Below are positions 56,632 to 64,000 of a DNA stretch of 64,000 bases, piece after piece (within the stretch, counting starts at the first letter, position 1; every line of letters begins with the position of its first letter). Source of the stretch: Octopus sinensis (taxonomy: Eukaryota); the NCBI RefSeq assembly GCF_006345805.1, contig NC_042997.1:119846001-119910000 (forward strand). Direction: 5' to 3'. Below the pieces are notes generated by a model. That model had not been told where the DNA came from and made no database searches. It saw only the letters and a program-made list of their open reading frames with translations. The translations under genes were made by a program, and so were the position numbers.

Positions 56632-56669
56632 CAGTTGAAAAGGTCTCAAAATGACCGAAACCGGTACTG
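56632..56669 (+). ncRNA. Minimal hammerhead, U3-A8 variant, in the PLE pLTR
   Basis: CAG-TTGAAAA-GGTC(TCAAAAT)GACC-GAAA-CCGG-TA-CTG. Confidence 0.8.
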
Positions 56670-56722
56670 AAATGTTCACTATAAAATTATTTTAGCATTT
56701 TCTATTTTTGACTTGTTTTTTC

Positions 56723-56768
<46 letters not shown>

Positions 56769-57147
56769 GAATATTTTGAATTGATAAAAGGTGTTTGTTT
56801 TCTAATTTTTTGTATATATATTATATTGTGTGAAATTTTAACGATTATGATTATGTCATACAATCGATTATAAATTTAAATATTAATTTTTAAGTATTAA
56901 TTTTTAAAGTAAGAATAGATAGAAAATGTATTTTTCTATTGAGATATAATATGGCTTTAAAAATATAATAAGCCCACAAATAATCTAATCTTAGTTATAG
57001 TCAATGTCTAATTACCTAAATATGTAACAAAAAAATAATCAAAGTTTCTAGTTTGATAATAGATTTTTTTATAAGAAAAATTATTATTTTATTTATTTTT
57101 AAAAAAAATATTGTTTAAATATATATTATTTATTTAAATATTATCAT

Positions 57148-57246
57148 TAACCTGAAGATTGACCATAACCATAATTCGAATTATTAATTGAATTTAAATT
57201 ATTATTATTCGAATTAGGTTATAGGCATGAAACGATCTTAGTGGTT
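57148..57246 (+). ncRNA. Decayed hammerhead with long stem II
   Basis: CTGAAGA, ATAACC(A)TAATTCGAAT/ATTCGAATTAGGTTAT, GAAA-CGATC; stems I and III imperfect. Confidence 0.45.
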
Positions 57247-57381
57247 TTACTTTTTGTCGTATATTAAACTTTTTAATACTTTTTAATAGTTATATATATT
57301 TAATATAATATAAAAAATCAATTTAAATAAATATATAATTAAATAAATACAAAGTAAAAATGAAAATAATAATTAAAAAAA

Positions 57382-57418
<37 letters not shown>

Positions 57419-57595
57419 TTATAAGTATAAATTAATAATTTAAAAATTAAAAAAATCTTAACTTTAATTTAAATAATTGAAAATTTTGAATTTTATATTT
57501 TATATATTTTGTATATTATATTAATTAATTTTGTTTCTATATTTTGTTTTAAGTTTTTCACTGTTTGATTTGCCTAATAGTGGTTTTATCTCTAA

Positions 57596-57652
<57 letters not shown>

Positions 57653-57729
57653 CATATATACATATATACTGTATACACACAATGGTATTTAAAGTCAACT
57701 AATCTAGCGGTACTCATAAAGTCAACAAC

Positions 57730-58220
57730 CAGAGTCGTATATTTACTATACCCTACGGACTCAAAAAAATGTCTTCCTTTCAATTCATGGCATGCGAGAC
57801 ATAACAGAATGACACTTGTATCCTAACCAATTGGTTTTGTACAATAGAATGTGACACAAACATCCGTGGCATAAATCCCTAGAACTGAAGTATACTCTTC
57901 TAATTAGGAATTACTCGCTTCCTTGAATCCATAATATAATTCAACAAGCACAGAAATTCAGTATCGAGGGACGTATAGAGCCAATACAAAGAAATAACTC
58001 GAAAGCAATATCCCTTTCCTACATCGATATGTCTATAACATCATGTTTCATAACTTAATTAAAATGAACCCCAGGATGATCCAAATCCTCCAGAGGTACA
58101 CCACCAGAAGCAGTAAAAGACAATAAAAAAATTAAGGAAAACAATACTAACACAGTTTTAACTCCATCCAACAAAACAAAAGGAAAAACAAACAACTGTC
58201 ATAACTTAGTATAGGGATCA
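57730..58220 (+). mobile_element. Old PLE RT-thumb relic
   Basis: TDSKKCLPFNSWHARH aligns with TDSKQYLPFNSWHPRH at about 55030. Confidence 0.65.
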
Positions 58221-58429
58221 GAGATCCGTTTTAACATGGCAGTTTATTACAGTAAATTAACATGGGCGTCTGAAAGTCTAATCTATGATCTATGCATTTC
58301 GTCAACGAACGCTCCTGCATAGATTGCAACTTAAAAATCGGGAATAATACAATATATAACTCAGTGAACACATGTGTAGATATGAAACAACGCAATTTGC
58401 TCTGACTTCTATACATCATATCAATATGT

Positions 58430-58625
58430 GACGGGGAGCTGGTAGAAAAATTAGCACGCAAGGCAACATGCTTAGCCGCATTTCGTCCATCATTATATTC
58501 TGAGATCAAATTCCGACGAGGTCAGCTTTGTATTTCATCTTAACGGGGTCGATAAAATTATTCCTCCTGAGCAATGCGGTCGGTGTATTTGACTTAAACC
58601 GACCCTCAAAATGTCTAGCCTTGTA
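58430..58625 (+). mobile_element. SINE family B
   Basis: Homology to 16424-16625. Confidence 0.7.
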
Positions 58626-59409
58626 CTAATATTTAAAGCAAAATTTAATATCAATAAATTCTCGTATCAATGAAATAAGCAATATATGGAGCAGTACAAA
58701 TTTGCAGATGTAATGTGGATATCGAACTGTAAGAGTCTAGCTTCGGCCTTCTCGCCTCTGAAAGAAAATTTAAGACTGGTAACACATTATTTAGAACGAA
58801 ACTAGCAATAAAAATCATAATATTACAACATAAATTGTGACTTACATGTGAAAAACAATCTCAAACACAGACGCTGCTTCTGGATCTCAAACTTCCCGCT
58901 AAGGGTGAGTCGAATTTTATTTTATGAAGCTGATTCTTAAATCCCGTTCAGAGAGGAATGAAATACAATCGCCAATAATGAAATCAAAATAAGTCTTTAT
59001 ATGTTTGAGTTATTGTAATCAGAAGGATACACGATGAATGATATTCTGAGATATATATATGTGAGGTTAACTTTGTAAGATGTTTCGCATCAATGTACAT
59101 GTAATTGTATGGTAGCTTCTTTCTTCTAAAACTCGGGGATAGGATGTTGTATATCTGATAGTTTGTGATCAGTATTAGCAGCTGTTTCGCAATATTAAAC
59201 ATACACAAATTTGTTTACATAAAATCTACATCCAACATATTGTTCAAATAAGTTTCAAGTATAATGTTCTGTAGCATGTGTTACGTATTTAAATATGTTG
59301 TCCAAGGAACGAAATATGTTATCAAAGTTTGCTTCGAAATATATCGATTCGTAACCGAGATATAACACTTCAAACAAAGGCTCGCATTTACAATTTTAAA
59401 GCAAATCCC

Positions 59410-60530
59410 CGTTATTGAGAGCACTGGAATATATAACTCACGGTATAACTATCACTCTTCAGAGATTAAGTTTTTCAAAAGCAGAAAGGAGAAAATTGAT
59501 TCGAAGTCTACAGATCGAAGCCATCAATGTAACTGAAAAAGTATCTATAAAACTTACCAGAATTTTATCATTTAAGTATATACGTGCATGTTTTACATGC
59601 AGTCATATCCATCAGAATACATACATAAAACAAAACATGCAAATATGCATATACACTAACTCTTCACATATATACACATACATGCAAAAATGCTATCTTT
59701 GCCAATGAAAAAGCATTAGATAAAAGGTTTATATCCGACATTTTTGAATTGGCAAGAAAGCTTAGAATAAACCTAAAGAATAACATATATACATATGTAT
59801 GTCTAATTCCTCATCTTAGGACTCATAGCCCCATATGTCCACACACATTATAATAATGCTCGCTGGCGATGCAAATTCTACTATCAAATTAACACTAATA
59901 CAGCCATCCATGTGCCTAAACATATCATATTACTCACAATTCATTTTGCACATCGTCTGACCTTATATATTGCGTCATAATCAAATGTCGTGGGCCTCCT
60001 TCCCATTGGGTAAACAGGCCGTTGCCTTGCAGAATCACTTTAGGAACATATACAAAGCATAGTACTATGTATTCCTGGCCAACCTATCGCCAATCACATC
60101 AACGTTATAGGTGATACTATCACGCACTAACCACTGTGCTGCATCGCTACACACCATGATTTCACTTTCTCAACGAAATGGACGGAACAACGTTCTACTT
60201 TCGAAGGTGTCAACGACATTTTTCCCTCTCGACGTTTTCTGTTACTCCTCATTCCATTCCTCCTTCCTTCCTAGTTCCTAGTTTGCTTATTCTGCCACGT
60301 TTTACTCATCTATGAAGCTGACGTATTCTTACGCTACTTGCTTGTTGCAGTTGTTTTTTTAATCAGTAGATATAATACCTGCAGTCTCCCATTAACGCCT
60401 CTCCTTTCAGTTGTCCTCTTGAAGGAGGACAATGTCCCAAAAGTTGAATCTTCTGCTCACGGCAAGCACACCACAGTACTATTTTTATCAATTTTATTAC
60501 ATAATATGTTGCAGATGCAGTACACCAGGC
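59410..60530. mobile_element. Diverged copy of the 19090-20480 LINE-derived block
   Basis: FSKAERRKLIR versus FSKPERRKLIR, plus collinear downstream similarity. Confidence 0.6.
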
Positions 60531-60661
60531 TTATTGGCAATTGCGTAATTATATATAGAGAAACACACATAATATTTTCACTTATTTTTCAAAATCTAAC
60601 CACATGGGAATTGTTGACGATTTTCTTCCTCTTCCTTCCTCTTCTATTGGACTATACTCTA

Positions 60662-60694
60662 TTTCTGAAGAAGAGCTCTGCTCGAAACTTCAAA
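60662..60694 (+). ncRNA. Minimal hammerhead, stem III decayed
   Basis: TTT-CTGAAGA-a-GAGC(TCT)GCTC-GAAA-CT-TC-AAA; more decayed family copy inverted at about 10650-10830. Confidence 0.55.
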
Positions 60695-60791
60695 CCATTG
60701 CCCTTCCCTGAAACTCTGCTAATACTTTACATGTACCACGTTCTTGCGTTGTAGTATTTTTGTGTTTATACTTCGTGTTTTGGGTTTTTTG

Positions 60792-60838
<47 letters not shown>

Positions 60839-61135
60839 TATATATATAATTTCAACAATTGAGGGTAAAATTAATTAATTATTAATCAATTTCACCAAGT
60901 ATTCAGTATGCAAAGGGACCATTTAAGGCGAATTCAAATTATTACATTATATAAAAGGGCTTAGTAAAATAAATTACTTTGCCACATACTGAACTCATTA
61001 GAAATAGTAGCTAAAAAAACCTTTTTAGAACTATTTCTAATACTTAAAGAAAATCTCTCTCATATAGTGTTTGCTCAATTCAACTCACGAAAGTATGGGG
61101 GTAAAGACATTAAAAAATCAAATGCAAAGGTTATT

Positions 61136-61187
61136 TGAGAACGTACGTTTCTAGATTAGTCAACTCGACATTTCTATCATCAGCTCA
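61136..61187 (-). ncRNA. Type I hammerhead (canonical core)
   Basis: TGAG-CTGATGA-TAGA..GTC(GAGTT)GAC..TCTA-GAAA-CGTACG-TT-CTCA. Confidence 0.85.
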
Positions 61188-61294
61188 GAACTCCTTGGTT
61201 TGGATTTGAAAATCTCTCTCATATAGTGTTTGCTCAATTCAACTCACGAAAGTATGGGGGTAAAGACTTTAAAAAATCAAATGCAAAGGTTATT

Positions 61295-61346
61295 TGAGAA
61301 CGTACGTTTCTAGATTAGTCAACTCGACATTTCTATCATCAGCTCA
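61295..61346 (-). ncRNA. Type I hammerhead (tandem copy, +159 nt)
   Basis: Identical to 61136-61187. Confidence 0.85.
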
Positions 61347-61727
61347 GAACTCCTTGGTTTGGATTTGAAAACACTGAAAGTGGGAGCATACCCTTTCGGC
61401 TTCTTATCGCTTCTGAAGATCTGCTCGAAACTAACAGTGCCAGCAAACTCAAAATATGCAAGCGAAGAGTTTCTGCTCTCCCCTTTCCACCAGCGTGGGT
61501 TAAAATCAGTAAACACTATGCTTTTTCGGTAAAATCCGAAGCATTAAATAGAGAGAGATGAATTATAATTTCAACAATTGAGGGTAAAATTAATTAATTA
61601 TTAATCAATTTCACCAAGTATTCAGTATTCAGTTCTAAAAAGGTTTTTTTAGCTACTATTTCTAATGAGTTCAGTATGTGGCAAAGTAATTTATTTTACT
61701 AAGCCCTTTTATATAATGTAATAATTT

Positions 61728-61756
<29 letters not shown>

Positions 61757-61758
<2 letters not shown>

Positions 61759-62241
61759 CAAACTTTAGAGGACTGACCACTAAAAGTGGACAGCCTATAT
61801 GCTAAACATAGACGTCAGATTGCCATTACCACGAAGAATGTGTTCTCAAGTGAAATTTCAGCAAAAAAACAAAATGTAAATCAAAGAAAGACAAATGAAA
61901 GTATAGGAAATAAAAAAACGATTACCTATGTACTAATTGGTTTCACTTGCTAATATTTACGTATATGGACACGCAAACACCTGCAAGATCATCAGGATAG
62001 TCTGCCGTTTACAAAACACAATTCCCAGTACTAGGTGCAGAAAGTTTGCTGAGATTTTACTTGAGAACACATCCTTCGTGTTAATGGTGATGGGACGTCT
62101 ATGTTTAGCATATAGGCTGTCCAGTTTTAGGGGTCAGTCCTCTAAATTTTGTATGTAAAATAAATTATAATCTTCGGAATTTTTTTAAATATGCTAAGCC
62201 ACTGGTTTTAATTGATTAATATCAATTTCTACCCATATTTA

Positions 62242-62246
<5 letters not shown>
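61757..62246. mobile_element. Non-coding element with 60 bp inverted repeat, tail and internal hammerhead
   Basis: 61757-61816 is the inverse of 62094-62154; tail resembles the inverse of 22681-22750. Confidence 0.7.
61926..62000 (-). ncRNA. Hammerhead with intact core and mismatched first pairs
   Basis: CTATc-CTGATGA-tCTTGC..GCAAGt-GAAA-CCAATTAG-TA-cATAG. Confidence 0.65.
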
Positions 62247-62288
<42 letters not shown>

Positions 62289-62368
62289 TATATATGTGTT
62301 GTATGAAAAATATATATGTATATGTTCATATATATAAATTTATATATATATAAATGTATATATATATA

Positions 62369-62428
<60 letters not shown>

Positions 62429-62433
62429 ATATA

Positions 62434-62754
62434 TAATTCATAAATAAGGGCAAATCACTGACGAAGGGAGGGTTGTTATAAGCTAACCCTGAAATCGGTC
62501 CGATATGGTAATAATGGAATTTTTAGAAATGTCTGTCCAACTTTTTTAGAGTAGCGTGCGTATTGTGAAAACATTATATGGTTAATGGACAATATGTCCA
62601 ATTTTTCTGCATATTTGGCATTAGAAAGTTTTTCGTTTGCCCTTATTTATGAATTGTTTATAATTTTAACCTTTAAAGGTACTTTTAATATGCTGGCCAT
62701 TGATAACATTTATTTTGGAAAAGAATTTTTTTCGAAAAAATATTTATCCTAATT

Positions 62755-62757
<3 letters not shown>
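62434..62757 (+). mobile_element. Small non-coding hammerhead element with ~20 bp inverted repeat and tail
   Basis: AATTCATAAATAAGGGCAAA / TTTGCCCTTATTTATGAATT; body homologous to 41-245. Confidence 0.75.
62454..62509 (+). ncRNA. Type I hammerhead (canonical core)
   Basis: ATCA-CTGACGA-AGGG..CCCT-GAAA-TCGG(T)CCGA-TA-TGGT. Confidence 0.82.
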
Positions 62758-62786
<29 letters not shown>

Positions 62787-62789
<3 letters not shown>

Positions 62790-62814
62790 ATTATTATTAT
62801 TATTTTTGTTATTA

Positions 62815-62896
<82 letters not shown>

Positions 62897-62925
62897 CATT
62901 AGTATTATTACTATTATTATCATCA
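62787..62925. repeat. (TTA)n microsatellite
   Basis: Direct reading. Confidence 0.95.
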
Positions 62926-64000
62926 TTTATATGATTGAAGCCACGCATCCATTTCGAAGTAAGTTTATCGGAAAACTTTTGATGTGACACTGTATAGTTT
63001 TGTCTCTTCTTCCACCCTGGTTAACGCAAAACGGAACATCTTGCTAGTTCTTGATATACGCAAAACTGCTTATAACATTTTCGCTGAATCCAAAGTGCAA
63101 ATTCTTCACACATTTTGCTAAAAAAAATTCCACAAGTAATCATAGATATCTCACACAATTCAAATTAAATGTTATTTATGATATGCAGCCTCTTGTACGA
63201 TATGTCAGTTATGATTCGACTAGTCGCTATTCAGTTATTCAATCCTCCTTCAGATATCATACAGCAAAATCTTACGCATAGCCCGCATGAGTTAACTGTA
63301 GTTATTGAATTGAAAATATGTGACGAATTTCCATTCAATTCGTCGTCCCATTATACATCCAATTGCTCAATCACCATCTCACTCACTCCATTTCACTATC
63401 ACATTTCCCTCCTTCCCTCTCTCTCTCATGCTCTTGCTGTCTTTGTATTCAATCATCACCCAATGCCGAATTCAATGTGGGAAGGAAGTTGATGTTGCAA
63501 TTTGTGTAAGAATACAAACGTTCTTGCAGTTTGTGTAGCACGCTGAATCACATTCCTTTCTCAATGACCATAAGTACCTTTCTTCAGAACCTAAGCCAAC
63601 TGTAGACTTACTATACAATCCTACGTCAGTTGCCAGTGGACGCAGGTATTAGGGATATTCCGTAAAAAATCAATTGTGTTGCTATACATGCAATCTTTCT
63701 GAAATAAACATCTCGAGAAAGGCCACAAACACAGTCCAGGATGCAGCCCATATGTGAGATTCTCTTTGAAGTTGGCTGATATTTTCCATACACCACTCAG
63801 CCTTTCCGAATTAACCTTTATTTCTTCCACGTGTAACACTCATTTTATCAAATTCATACAAAGATTTACTCCTTGAACTTTTCTAACCAGAATATCTGTT
63901 GTTGTCACCTTCTACCCGACTGACCTTTCCCGCAATTGGTCGATATTTGATCAGGATATTAACTGCTTCAATCTCACCGGTCGCAGAATGAAAGGACTAC

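Larger units (their letters stand above)
51193..56725 (+). mobile_element. Penelope-like retroelement with ~1.77 kb inverted duplication of its 3' part
   Basis: 51193-52967 is the reverse complement of 54929-56725; RT + GIY-YIG ORF; (TA)n on both sides. Confidence 0.93.
60845..61728 (-). mobile_element. Non-coding (TA)n-embedded element with direct, inverted and tandem repeats and two hammerheads
   Basis: Direct repeat 60845-60909 = 61564-61628; inverted repeat 60935-61032 / 61631-61728; 159 bp tandem 61049-61371. Confidence 0.8.

Noticed and set aside
51983-56725. Arm differences as a record of A-to-I editing
   Set aside because: Substitutions go in both directions and include C/T changes and transversions, consistent with ordinary drift.
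56730-57600. Extremely AT-rich block, possible NUMT or foreign DNA
   Set aside because: No mitochondrial gene or tRNA recognisable; it contains a decayed HHR and looks like a degraded or low-quality element copy.
61413-61440. CTGAAGA-TCTGCTC-GAAA hammerhead-like string
   Set aside because: No stem II or stem I pairing.
62685-62990. Poly-Asn ORF
   Set aside because: (TTA)n microsatellite.
63050-64000. Possible retroelement coding remnant at the window end (also 15700-16100 and 23100-24100)
   Set aside because: No diagnostic motif could be read with confidence.

Overview
AT-rich, microsatellite-saturated animal genomic DNA. The tRNA-derived SINE families and repeat landscape look like octopus/cephalopod (inference from recognition, not a database match). 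There is one intact host gene: a GT31 beta-1,3-galactosyltransferase with a single coding exon (30904-32118, minus). The rest is mostly transposon debris: a large Penelope-like element (PLE; RT + GIY-YIG) with ~1.77 kb inverted arms (51193-56725), several decayed PLEs of at least two lineages, mariner and other Tc1/mariner elements, R4/Dong-type LINE fragments, non-autonomous Helitron-like elements and SINEs. The main hidden signal is about two dozen minimal type I hammerhead ribozyme (HHR) motifs, folded by hand on both strands. Their layout is stem I - CUGANGA - stem II - GAAA - palindromic stem III - UH - stem I. They lie in PLE termini and in small non-coding, (TA)n-embedded, retrozyme-like elements. 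They include compensatory core variants (U3-A8, A3-U8), family-specific stem III palindromes, a 159-nt tandem HHR unit and HHR pairs in opposite polarity. HHRs in PLEs are known in general; the diversity, core variants and non-coding carriers seen here merit testing. No computation or database search was run, and boundaries of decayed elements are approximate.
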